Origin: Torpedo marmorata
Taxonomy: Eukaryota
Length of the DNA stretch: 64,000 bases
NCBI GenBank assembly: GCA_977017645.1
Contig: OZ360237.1
Coordinates: 93,000,001 to 93,064,000 of the forward strand
Direction of reading: 5' to 3'
In this document: piece after piece, positions 50,560-62,800 of the stretch
How positions within the stretch are numbered: position 1 is the stretch's first letter
Layout of the letters: each line of letters begins with the position of its first letter
The notes under the pieces: generated by a model
What the model saw: the letters and a program-made list of their open reading frames with translations, nothing else
What the model was told of the DNA's origin: nothing
Databases searched by the model: none
Position numbers and translations under genes: made by a program

Positions 50560-52512
50560 CTCTGCAGCTCCCAACTGCGTGTGGCTGAAAGTGAGACTCC
50601 AGAATGGTCTATTGCCTCCCTGGTGCCAGGATCACGGATGTCTTGGACTGGAGACAACATCCTGGAGGGGGATGGCGAATGGCCCGATATTGACGGTGAA
50701 TATTCATCCCAATGACGGAAGAAGAAAGAGGGATAGGGTCCTGCAGAGAGAATTCAGGGCAGACGGTTAAAGGACAGGACCACCAAGGTCGTAATCTCGG
50801 GATCACATGTGAGTGAGGGTAGAACTGGGAGTGTCGGACTGATGAATGCATGGCTAAAGAGCTGGTGCAGGAGGGAGTGCTTTACGTACTTGGATCTTGG
50901 GATTGCTCTGTGGCAGGTGGTTTACCCCTGAACTGGAGGAGGACCAATATCCTTGTAAGAAGGTTCGCTCATGCTACTCGGAAAAGTTGAAACTAATTTG
51001 TTGGTGGAAAAGAGGTTGCTGACAGCCTCAACTGCATTTACTTTAATGCAAGGAGCCTCCGAGGTAATTCTCATGAGTTGAGGCTGAGAAAAGGGCTGAA
51101 CTGAGGTCCTATGGTACTGTTCTGATTGAGGACCTGACTGAGGTCCAGAAGTTTCAGGCAAGACTGAAGGGGGTGCAAAAGAGGAAGGGGTGTCGCAGTA
51201 CTGATTGGGGGAACGTAACAACAGTACTTGGAGAGGATATCCTGGAGGCCACATGAGTAGAACTTTGGAACAGAGAAGGGTGATCACATTGCTGGAGCTA
51301 TACTGTAAGCCTCCCAATAGTCAGCAGAGGAACACATAAGCAAATCGCCAAAAGGTGCAACACTAAGAGGACTGTTGTTGTAGGGGCTTTTAATGTTCCC
51401 AGTTTTGAATGGGTGTGTAACTGGCTTGGTTGGGACAGAATTAGTTAACTGGATCCAAGGTAAACTTTTGAATAATGTGTTGATGCCCTCGACTTAATCT
51501 TCGGAAATTGGTCAGGTAGTTCACGTCTCAGAGGGGGAACACTTGGAAAAGTGAACAAAGGTTGGTTGGTGCTCAAGGTCTTTAATTGGGAGAAGGCTGA
51601 TTTCAAAGCACAATGTCAGTTCATTGGGAGCAGGTGCTGGCAGGTAAAGAAGGTTGCCAAAGATTGAAGCATGGTCTTGATTGGTTGGTCAGGTGGGCAG
51701 AATAATGGTTGATGGAATTTAATACAGAGAAATGTGAGGTGTTGCATTTTTGGAGGTCTAATGTGGGTAGGAGCAACACAGAGAATGGTAGGGATGTGGG
51801 GAGTGTTGTAGAGCAGAGGGATCTGAGAGTACAGGTACTTGGGACCTTGAAAGTGGTGTTATAGGTAGATAGGGTAGTCAAAAAAGTTTTCGGCACATTG
51901 GCCTTCATCAGAGTGTTTAGTATAGAAGTTGAGAGGATATGTTGCAGTAGTATGAGACGTTGGTGAGGCCACATTTGGAATATTGTGTTCAGATTTGGCC
52001 AACGTGCTGTCAGAAAAATGTTGCCAAGCTGGAGAGGGTTTACAGAATATTAACGAGGATGTTGCCAGGACTCGGGAGCCTGAGCTACAGGGAGAGGTTG
52101 AACAGGCTTGGGCTTTATTCCTTGAGTGATCTCATAAAGGTGTACAAAATCATAAGAGGAATAGATTGGTGATCGCAGAGAATCTTTTCCCAGAGAAGGG
52201 GAATCGGTAACCAGAGGACTCGTTTAATGTGAGGGGGAAGAGATATAACAGGACTCGTTTAATGTGAGGGGGAAGAGACATAACAGGAACCTGAGGGGTA
52301 ATTTTTTATTTTATTTATTTTTTTACACAGAGGGTGGTGGGTGTATGGAACGGGGCAGTGGTTGAGGCAGGTATGATTGCAACATTTAAGAAAAAATTGG
52401 ACGGATACATGGATCGGACAGGTTTAGAGGGATGTGGCCACTCGCAGGCAAGTGGGACAAGTGTGGATTGAACATTTTGGTCAGCATGGACAAGTTGGGC
52501 CGAAGGGCCTGT
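50560..52512 (+). mobile_element. Degenerate CR1 running from ORF1 esterase remnants to the 3' end
   Basis: RTTKVVISG remnant; LVRPHLEYCVQIW; typical 3' tail; boundaries approximate. Confidence 0.7.
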
Positions 52513-52515
52513 TTC

Positions 52516-53140
52516 AGATTTCAGATTTATTGTCAGCGTACATACATGACATCACATACAACCCTGGGATTCATTTTTCCTGCGGGCGCGGCAGAATTAC
52601 CACTAATTGGAAGGGCAAAAACTAAACTACACAGCGTAAACATGTAAACAAATAAAAGAATGTAAACAGATAACGAATGTAAACAAACTGACTGTGCAAT
52701 ACAGAGAAAACAAAAGAAAATCAATAAAGTGCACAAGTAAGAGTCCTTAAATGAGTCTCTGATTGAGTTTGTCGTTGAGGAGTCTGATGGTGGAGGGGTA
52801 GCAGCTGTTCCTGAACCTGGTGGTGCGAGTCTGTGGCACCTATACCTCTTTCCTGATGGCAGCAGCGAGAACAGAGCGTGTGCTGGGTGGTGTGGGTCTT
52901 TGATGATTGTTGCTGCCCTCCGACGGCAGCGTTCCTTATAGATGTTCTCGATGGTGGGGAGGATTTTGCCTGTGATGTCCTGGGCTGTGTCCACTACCTT
53001 TTGCATGGTTTTAAGTTTGGGGGTATTGGTGTTCCCATACCAGACCGTGATGCAGCCGGTCAGCACACTTTCCACCACACACCTGTAGAAATTTGCCAGG
53101 GGTTCCGATGTCATACCAAACCTCTGCAAACTCCTGAAGA
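52516..53140 (-). mobile_element. Rex/Babar family 3 3' fragment
   Basis: Reverse complement of about 49290-49880. Confidence 0.82.
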
Positions 53141-53844
53141 AGAAGAGTTTCCACTCTATGACAGTTGATAAGATGGAGTCATATAAAAGAGATTGAGAGA
53201 GACTTCAGGCTGACGTGTTCTGGTGAGGGTGAAAGGCAATGATGGCAAAATCAATGAATCTGGGATGACAGGATATCGAATATTTGATCAGAAAAAAGGA
53301 ACCATTTGGGATGCAAAGCAACTGGAAAACAATGGAATCCCCTGAGCAACATAGAGGGTATTGGAGAGTATTTAAGTTGGGAGGGCAAAATGGAGCTATG
53401 AAAACTGCTTGGCAAGTAAGATTAAGGAGAATATCAGGATATTCTATAAATATATCAGGAGCAAGAGGGTGGACAGAAAGAGATGATCAATGCCAGTGGG
53501 GGAATCTTGCCTCAGTAACGGAGTTTTTTGAGGAGGTAACTAAGATGATTGATGAAGGCAAGGTGGTAGATATTGTCTTTATCAATTTCAGTAAAGCATT
53601 TGACAAGGCTGTTTTGAGAGCTTCTTCAGAAGGTTGAGGTAAGCAGGCTAATTGAATCCAAAAGGATGCAGAAGGTGGTGGTGGAAGGACATGGAGAAGG
53701 TGGGCCAAAATGCCTGCTTCTTTTCTGTACAACTGGAGGTTACTGCAGGCTCCCACTCTCACACTGCTGCAGTGAATTAAAGGTCCCTGTGCAGTTTAAG
53801 CAGAGGTCCCTGTACTCCTGTGTAACTCAGTCTTTGTTTTTCAG

Positions 53845-53926
53845 CACATGTGGTCTCGCAGAAGAGTTGGGGGGGAGAGGACCCAAAGATGTGAAGACCC
53901 TGCAGGTCAAATCGTCCTGTGGAAGT
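53845..53926 (+). CDS. CIAPIN1: Anamorsin coding exon (exon 8)
   Basis: tttcag| and |gtgagt; 82 nt; TCGLAEELGGRGPKDVKTLQVKSSCGS. Confidence 0.95.
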
Positions 53927-54384
53927 GTGAGTATCATTGGGTTGCCCAGACACATGCCAACAGGCTGAACCGATGCCCAAACATTCCCATGATGAAGCAG
54001 GATCTGCGGCAAAGATCCAGTATCATCCTGTGCCCGTTCTTTCAATCTTGTATCACCGGTGTCTTACGTGTAACATCCCGGAAATAGACGTGTCAGGAAT
54101 TGGGAAAGAGGAAAGGAAAATCTGTTTGAGTTTTTATGAATGGGAAATCATTCTTGGAGGATGTAATGAGGTGATAGAGGGGACCCTGTGGGGAGGGTAT
54201 ATTTGGATTATCAATGGGGATTTGATTCAGCGCCATTTCAGAGGTGTGAGTTCACCACTGGGGAAAGTGTTTTAACATTAACGGATGATTTGTCCCACAG
54301 AAGAGTGGTCGAATAAGCAGGAGTTCTCCAGACTGGAAGGATACACCCGTCTGGGTGTTGCCTGTTGTCTGCAAGATCCTCTTA

Positions 54385-56270
54385 GAACATAGAACATTCC
54401 AGCACAATACAGACATTTAAACTCCCGATGTTGTGCTGATCTAAGTAAACCTGCTCCACATCAATCTAATTCTTCCCTCCCTCACACCCATAACTCTCTA
54501 TTTTTCTGACATCCATGTGCCTAAGAGACTCACCTCTGACATCTCCCCTGAACTTTGCTGCACTCACCTTATACTCACTCCTTTGGTATTTGCTATTTTC
54601 GCCCCTGGAAACAGGGATTGGCTGTCCACGCGATCTAAGCCCCTCATAATCTTGTACACATCTATTAAGTCACCTCTCATCCTTTGCCACTTCAAAGAGG
54701 AAAGCCTGAGCTCTCTCAACCTTGCTTCATATGACATGTTCTCCAATCCAGGCCACATCCTGGTAAATCTCTTCTGCGCCCTCTCTAAAGTATCTATGTC
54801 CTTCCTGCAATGAGGCAAGCAGAACTGAACACAATATGCCAAGTGTGGTCTAACCAGAGTTTTATGTAGCTGCAATGTTACCTCACTGCTCTCGGTCAGT
54901 CACCGACTAATGAAGGCCAGCACACCATAAGCCTTTTTAACCACCCTATCAAGATCCAAGTTTTGTTTATTGACATGTAATAGTACACAACAAGTAATTT
55001 TGCACAAAATTGCCTTCTGCCTACCATAAGAGAGACAAAGAGTCACTATTAGTGTTGCCTGGTGACTTACAGTAAGAGAGAAAGAGAAGCAAAAGAGAGT
55101 CCTTTCAGAGTCATTGAGTGCCCATGGATTCGCCTCCAGTGCTCCTGCAGCCTCTGCAGCTGCACAGATTCCTGTTCGATCCATCACCAAATCTCGAACA
55201 CGATCAGGAAGCCTTCAGCGCCCGAGGCCCTTCGGGAGCCATTCTTGAATCCCTCTTGAATTCCAGTTCTGATACCTGGTTCCCATGAGCCAGTCTCCAG
55301 CAGCCTGCGGCTGATGCGGGTCCCCTGACTGCAAGTCACCTGCAGCCTGTGTAGGTTCCTCAGCCACTGAGCCCCTCATAGGTCCACTGCCATGGTCACT
55401 GTTCTGTAGGGTCGTCTCCTCTGCTTCTTCTCAATGCAGGGATGTTCTCCCCGTTTCTGGTGCCCAGTGCCGGTCTGCTGCTCCCCCTGAGTCTACACCC
55501 CTCGTGGCCGCTGCCCAGCACAGGCGCTGTCATCTTGGGTGCAAACCCTGCAGTTGCAGGATTTTAAAATAACACAACATTGGCTCCTTTAACAGGCTGT
55601 TTAAAGCCTGTACAGAGCCGTCAGCATTAGGACTGGGCGGTTGACCCTTCAGAACAGCACTGTGTCTCCACCCTCCCGGGTCTGCGCCAGCAGAAGTGTT
55701 GCCATTTACAGCAGCCCCGACAGCGCTGCCAGTTTGTTTTTGCAAACCTGAGGGATCTATGGACCTGGACGCCAAGATCCATCTGTTCCTCCACGCTGGT
55801 AAGAATCCTGCCATTAACCATGTACTCCACCTTCGTTCAACCTTCCAAAGTGCATACTTCACACTTCAAAATGTACCGAGTTGTAGGTCAATTGGTGTAA
55901 TTGGCACGGGCTTGAGAGCCGAAAGGGCCCGTTACTGTGCAGTATGTCTACATTTTTAACATGTAAATTCATCCGGTTTGAACTCCATCTGCCACTCCTC
56001 CACCCAACTTTAAATCCTGTTGTAACCTCAAAACCTTCGACACTATCCACAACACCTCCAACTTTGTATCATCTGCAAACCTATTGACCCAAACTTCTTC
56101 ATCCAAGTCATTTCTCAAAATCACAAAGAGCAAGGGTCCCAGAACAGATCCCTACAGAACCACGAGTCTCCGACCTCCAATCAGAATACGTTACATCCTT
56201 GGAAAAAATTAATTGGGCTCGTGAGGCACAACCTGCCTCTCAGAAAGCCATGATGACTATCTCTAAATAT
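54385..56270 (-). mobile_element. CR1 3' fragment interrupted by an unclassified repeat
   Basis: ORF 54564-54875 (LHKTLVRPHLAYCVQF); RT remnants at 55740-56270. Confidence 0.72.
54951..55735 (-). mobile_element. Unclassified non-coding interspersed repeat; second partial copy at about 44130-44530
   Basis: Both copies share tttattg..catgtaata, agacaaagagtc, agagaagcaaaagag and ccagttct..gatacctgg..cccatga..cagtctccagcagcc. Confidence 0.7.
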
Positions 56271-56445
56271 TGGTAAATCGTGTCTCTATTTCCTCTGGTT
56301 CCTCCAGTCCCAGCATTGTTGCACCGCCTGCTCTTTTTCTGCATAGTTTGCCATGCTGTTTGTTGCCCTACTATGCGTGTCTTTCTGTGTGCATGTTGTC
56401 CATTACGTTTGCAGAGAGCTCTGACATTGCTGCTTGACCTTTCAG

Positions 56446-56556
56446 TGCTATCTGGGCGATGCTTTCCGCTGTGCGAGTTGTCCATACATGGGGATGCCTG
56501 CCTTCAAGCCAGGCGAGCAGATCCTGCTGTCGAACAAGATTCTCAGCGATGCCTGA
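56446..56556 (+). CDS. CIAPIN1: Anamorsin last coding exon (exon 9), completes the CX2CX7CX2C motif and carries the stop codon
   Basis: tttcag|; [39 protein letters not shown], the diagnostic Dre2/anamorsin C-terminus. Confidence 0.97.
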   Translation, partial: CYLGDAFRCASCPYMGMPAFKPGEQILLSNKILSDA

Positions 56557-56762
56557 CATGCCTGAAGAGGGTCTTTGATGGACATGTTGCTCCTTGTCTC
56601 CCCGTATGGGTGAACCTGTTGCTTGGATCAGAACTGCCAGGTCATTGCCTCTCACCCCAACCAGACCGGTGAACATTTGGGTTTGACGTGTTCGGACAGG
56701 AGTTGTTATAACTAGATTAGGATTATATGTGATCTCAATTCAGGGTTTTACTGGGTTGGGGG

Positions 56763-56768
56763 AATAAA
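56763..56768 (+). terminator. Probable CIAPIN1 polyadenylation signal (a second AATAAA lies at 57275-57280)
   Basis: AATAAA about 207 nt after the stop codon, followed by GT/T-containing sequence. Confidence 0.6.
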
Positions 56769-57719
56769 TGGTAAATGATGCCTTCCTGTTCTGCCAGAGT
56801 GGGGGATGTGAATGACTTGTCCGGATTCACATTGTGTGTTTGCTGCCCTCTCACCAGTGCCTCCACATCCTCTGCTAGTTCCAGCCACTGTCACACATCT
56901 GCATGACTATCCCTCGATTTGTGTGTCAGTGCAATCAGTACTAGCCAGTCCACTTGTTTTTGCAATGATTCACCGTGAGCATCTTGGACCATAAGACAGG
57001 ATCGAATTACGTCATTTGGTTCATGGTTGATTTACGATCCTTTTCAACCCCATTTTCCTGCCTTCTCCCCGTAACGCTTGATTCCCTTCCTGATCAAGAA
57101 CGTATTTATAATATCTATCTTCTGCACGTTGCTCGTGTATTCTGGGAATGTATCAACTTCACTTGTGCCTGACGAACAACACTCTTGAAGGTGCTGAACC
57201 TGATCCCCACAACCCCATCCCTGCGACAGCAGCTGCCACAGACGCAACAGCACCTTGACATTTGCGTTAACAATAATAAAAATGTTGAAGAATCCAGCAA
57301 CTGGAGGGAGCACCTTTTCCCTTGTAATAGTAACTGCACTCACTTCCCTTCTCTGATACATTTGGACATCCGGCACACTGCTAATGTCTTCCACAGAGAA
57401 GACTCATGCAAAATACTCATTTAGCTCCTCTGTCATCTCCTTGCCTCCCATTATTATTTCTCCAGCATAATTTTCTAGTGGTCCTATATCTAATCTCACC
57501 CCTCTTTTACTCTTTATACACTTGAAGAAGCTTTAGGTATCCTATTTAATATTATTTGCTCACCTACTTTCATACTTCTTCTTTTCTCTCCTTATCAGAT
57601 TTTTAGTTGCCATCTGCAATGTTTTAAAATCTTCCCAATCCTCTATCTTCCCACCAAATTTTGCTTCCTTGTATGCCCTCTCTTTTGCCTTTACATTGAC
57701 TTTCTCTTCCCTTGTCAGA

Positions 57720-59790
57720 CACAGTCATCACAGTCAGGTACAGAATATTCTTAAGCGGGAAGGTGATCAGCCAGAAGTCGTGGTACACATTGGTACCAAT
57801 GACATAGGCAGGAGTGGGGTAGAGGTCCTGCAAAGTACGTTCAGGGAGTTAGGAAATAAGATGAAGAGCAGGACCTCCAAGGTGGTAATCTCCGGATTAC
57901 TCCTGGTGCCACGGAGCTAGTGAAGGTCAGAACAGGAAGACAGTGCAGACAAATGTGTGGCTGAGGAGATGGTGCAAGGGGTAGGGTTTCAAGTTCTTGA
58001 TCATTGGAATCTTTTCTGGGGAAGGGGTGACCTGTACAAGTGGGACGGGTTGCACCTGAACTTTAGGGGAACCAATATCCTGCTGTTGGGGGAGGGGGGA
58101 TGTGTTTTCACTAGATTCGCAGGGGGCAGTGAGAACCAAAGTGAAGAAGCAGAGGAAGAGGCGGTTGGTGCACAAGTAGAGACAGCTGGTTGGGAGTTTG
58201 TGTGGAAGGACAAGCAGATAGGGCTAAATTGTAGCCATGGAGATGCGTTGCAATGCAACAGGGGCACAGAGTCAAATGTAACAAATAAAGGGCTAAAGGT
58301 TTTGTATATAAATGCATGCAGGTAGATGATCTTGTAGTACAGCTAGACATAGGCAGGTATGATGCTGTGGTCATGGCTAAGGGATAGATGTCATTGGGAG
58401 CTGAATGTCCAAGGATACACAGTGTATCTAAAGGATAGGCAGGTAAGCAGAAGGGGAGGTGTCGTTCTGTTGGTAACACTAAATTGTTAGAAAGAGGTGA
58501 CTTTAGATCAGAAGATATAGAATAATTGTGGGTTGAGTTAAGAAATGGCAAGGGTAAAAAGACACTGTTGGCTGTTATATACAGACCTACAAACAGTGGC
58601 TGGGATGTGGACAACAAATTGCAACAGCAGATAGAAAAGGTGTGTCAGAAGGATCTCGAGAGAGATTTTGTAGAAAGCCTACGAGATGGCTTTTCAGAGC
58701 AGCTTGTTGCTGAGCCCACGAGGGGATCAGCTGTACTGGATTGGGTGTTGTGTAATGCACCCGAAGTGATTAGAGAGCTAAGTGAAAAGGAAGCATTAGG
58801 GGGCAGTGATCACAATATAATTGAGTTCAATTTGAGATTTAACAAGGAGAAAATAAAGTCGGTTGTGTCGGTATTTCAGTGGAGTAAAGGGAATTACAGT
58901 GGCATGAGAGACTAACTGACCAAGGTAGATTGGAAGGGGTCACTAGTAGGGAAGACGGCAGAGCAGCAATGGGTGGAGTTTCTGCGAGAAATGAGGAAGG
59001 TGCAGGATAAATATATACCAAAAACGAAGAAATATTCAAATGGAAAAATATGACTGTGGCTGACGATGGAAATCAAAGCCAACGTGAAAGCAAAAGAGAA
59101 AGCATACAAGGAAGCAAAAATTAGTGGGAAGATAAAGGATTGGGAAGTTTTAAAAACTTACAGAAGGTAACTAAAAACTCATAAGGAGGGGAAATTTGAA
59201 GTATGAAAGTAGGCAAGCAAATAATATCAAAGGGATACAAAAAGCTTATTCAAGTGTATAAAGCATAAAAGAGAGGTGCGAGTAGATAAACGACCACTAG
59301 AAAGTGACGCGGGAGAAATGATAATGGGAGACAAGGAGACGGCAGAGGAACTAAAGGAGTATTTTACATCAGTCTTCACTGTGGAAGACAATAGCAGTGT
59401 GCCGGATGTCGAGGGTATCAGGGAAGGGAAGTGAGTGCAGTTACTATTTCAAGAGAGAAGGTGCTCAGAAAGCTGAATGGTCTAAGGGTGTTATAAGTCT
59501 CCCGGACCAGATGGGTTGCACCCTTGAGTCCTGAAAGAAGTAGTGGTAGAGATTGTGGAGGCATGATAATGATCTTTCAGGAATCAATAGATTCTGGCAT
59601 GGTCCCGGAGAACTGGAAAATCATAAATGTCACTAGACTATTCAAGAAGGGAAGAAGGCAGAAGGAAGGAAATTACAGACCGTTCAGCCTGACCTCGGTG
59701 ATTGGGAAGATGTTGGAGTTGATTGTCAATGATGACGTTACGAGTACTTGGAGGCATATAGTTTCCTTCAGGGAAAATCTTGATTGACAA
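57720..59790 (+). mobile_element. CR1 LINE with SGNH-esterase ORF1 remnant and endonuclease/RT fragments
   Basis: VVVHIGTNDIG (GxND motif), LYINA, GSDHNII, NYRPFSLTSV. Confidence 0.8.
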
Positions 59791-59800
59791 ACTAAATTGT

Positions 59801-59870
59801 CGGCCCTCAGCGCCAGTGGTCGGCCCTCAGCGCCAGTGTTCGGGTCTCATCGCCAGTGGTCAGGTCACAA
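59801..59870 (+). repeat. 20-bp tandem repeat (cggccctcagcgccagtggt), about 3.5 copies, at the junction of two CR1s
   Basis: Directly visible. Confidence 0.8.
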
Positions 59871-62800
59871 CACCATAGAACAATTACAGCACACAAACAG
59901 GTCACTTCAGCCCCTCTAGTATGTGCCGAACCACTTTTTCTTGCCTAGTCCCACTGACCTGCACTCAATCCATAGCCCTCCATACCTCTCCCATCCATAT
60001 ACCTGTCCAAATTTCCCTTAAATGTTAAAATCAAGCCTGCAACTACCACTTCAACTGGAAGCTCATTCCACATGCCCACCACTCTCTGAGTGAAGAAGTT
60101 CCCCTCATGTTCCCCCTAAACTTTTCCCCTTTCACCCTTAACCCATGTCCTCTTGTTTGAATCTCACTCACCCTCAGTGGAAAAAGCCGACCTACATTTA
60201 CTCTGTCTATAGAACATAGAATAATGCAGCACATTACAGGCCCTTCGACCCTCGATGTTGTGCTGACCCATATCTTCCTTCCTAAAAAAAGTACTAAACC
60301 CTCCCTACCCCATAACGCTCAATTTTACTTTCATCCATGTGTCTGTCTAAGAGTCTCTTAAATGCCCCCAATGTTTCAGCCTCCACCACCATCCCCGGCA
60401 AGGCATTCCAGGCACCCACAACTCTGTGTAAAAAACCTCTATCCTCCCTCATAATTTTAAATACCTCTATCAAATCACCCCTCATTCTTCTACGCTCCAG
60501 GGAATAAAGTCCTAACCTGTTTAACCTTTCCCTGTAACTCAGTCCCTGAAGTCCGGGCAACATCCTAGTAAATCTTCTCTGCACTCTTTCTATCTCATTG
60601 ATATCCTTCCTGCTTTGAATTGGTGGACTGGAACATATTCAAGAACTCATCCATAGACCTGAATGAATATGCAACAGGTGTCACCGACTTCATCAAGACC
60701 TGCGTGGATGAGTGTGTGCCCACGCGCATATACCGGGTGTTCCCCAACCAGAAGCCCTGGATGAATCAGAGAATTCGCAACCTGCTGAGGGCGAGAACAA
60801 GGGCGTTTAAGGCCGGGGATCGGGATCTTTACAAGAAGTCCAGGCACGACCTGCGGAAGACCATCTCTGAAGCAAAGTGGCAATTCCGGAGGAAGCTAGA
60901 CAGAGACAGATACACGCCAGCTATGGCAGGGAGTGCAGGCCATTACAGCCTACAAAGCAAGGGCGAACACTATAGACGGCTGTGATGCTTCACTACCCGA
61001 TGAACTGAACACCTTCTATGCCCACTTTGAGAAGAAGAACAAAACAGTGCCTACTAGAATCCCTGAAAAGGCTGAGGACCCTGTGATATCTGTCTCTGAG
61101 GGCGACGTCAGAACATCATTCAAGAGGGTGAACCCTCGCAAGGCATCAGGAACTGACGGCGTACCTGGCAGGGTACTGAAAATTTGCGCCAACCAACTAG
61201 CCGGAGTGTTCATGGACATTTTCAACCTCTCGTTGCGGCAGTCAGAGGTTCCCACCTGCTTCAAAAGGGCATCAATCATCCCGGTACCCAAGAAGAGTAG
61301 TGTGGGCTGCCTCAACGCCTACCTCCCAGTAGCACTAACTTGTACTGTGATTAAATGCTTTGAGAGGCTGGTCATGGCCAGAATTAACACATACCTAAGC
61401 AAAGATCTGGACCCACTGCAATTCACCTATCATCACAATCGCTCCAAAGCAGATGCAATATCGCTGGCTCTCCACTCAGCTCTGGATCACCTCGAAAACA
61501 GCAATTCATACATACGGCTGCTCTTCATCGACTACAGCTCGGCCTTCAATACCATTATTCCCTCAGTGCTGGTCAAGAAGCTACAAACTCTAGGCCTCTG
61601 TACCCACCTCTGCAACTGGATCCTTGACTTTCTCATGGGAAGACCACAGTCAGTACAAATTGGAAACAACGTCTCCTCCTCACTGATTATCAACACAGGC
61701 GCACCCCAAAGATGCGTGCTTAGTCCACTGCTCTACTAGTTATACACCCACGGCTGTGTGGCCAGGCACAATTCCAATGCCATATACAAGTTTGCCGATG
61801 ACACCACAGTTGTCGGCAGAATCACAAACGGCAATGAGGAAGCATACAGGAGAGAGATAGATCAGCTCGTTGAATGGTGTAATGGCAACAACCTTGAGCT
61901 CAACGTCAGCAAAACCAAGGAGATGATTGTGGACTTCAGGAGGAAGTCAGGGGAACACGACCCAGTCCTCATCAAGGGCTCAGTAGTGGAGAGGGTCAAG
62001 AACTTCAAATTCCTGGGTGTCGACATCTCCGAGGATCCGTCCTGGAGCCTCCACATTGATGCAATCACAAAGAAGGCTCACCAGTGGCTATACTTTGTGA
62101 GGTGTCTGAGGAGATTCGGTATGTCAGTGAAGACTCTCGTAAACTTCTACAGGTGTACCGTGGAGAGCATTCTGGCTGGTTGCATCACTGCCTGGTATGG
62201 AGGCGCCAAATCTCAGGACAAGAGTAAACTCCAGAGGGTTGTTAACTCGGCCTGTGACATCACAGGCACCAGACTTCACTCCATCGAGGACATCTACATG
62301 AGGCGGTGTCTTAAAAAAGAAGCCTCTATCCTCAAAGACCCCCACCACCCAGGCCATGCCCTCTTCACTCTGCTACCATCTGGAAAAAGGTACAGGGCCT
62401 AAAGACGAGCACTCAACGGCACAAGGACAGCTTCTTCCCCGCTGCCATCAGATTCCTGAATAATCAATGAACCAAAGACACTGCCTTATGTTTCGTGCAC
62501 TATTATTTTTATATATTTTTTATAGTAATGTCGTAAGATGATTATAATATGAATGTTTGCACTATGATGCTGCCGCAAAACACCAAATTTCATGACTTGT
62601 TCATGACAATAAATTCTGATTCTGTAGTTAGGCGACCAAAACTGCACACAATACTCCAAAATTGGCCTCACCAATGTCTTATACAACTTTAACATAACAT
62701 CCCAACTCCTGTACTCAATACTTTGATATATGAAGGCCAATATGCCAAAAGCTTTCTTTACAACCCTATCCACATGTGACACCACCTTCAGGGAATTATG

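Noticed and set aside
52216-52290. 35-bp direct duplication (ggactcgtttaatgtgagggggaagaga.ataaca)
   Set aside because: Ordinary slippage duplication inside a dead CR1
56280-56676. Overlapping ORFs of 130 and 101 aa across the last exon
   Set aside because: Alternative-frame and antisense shadows of the CIAPIN1 exon with no recognisable motifs
59801-59870. Possible CRISPR-like repeat
   Set aside because: Head-to-tail units with no spacers, eukaryotic context, no cas genes
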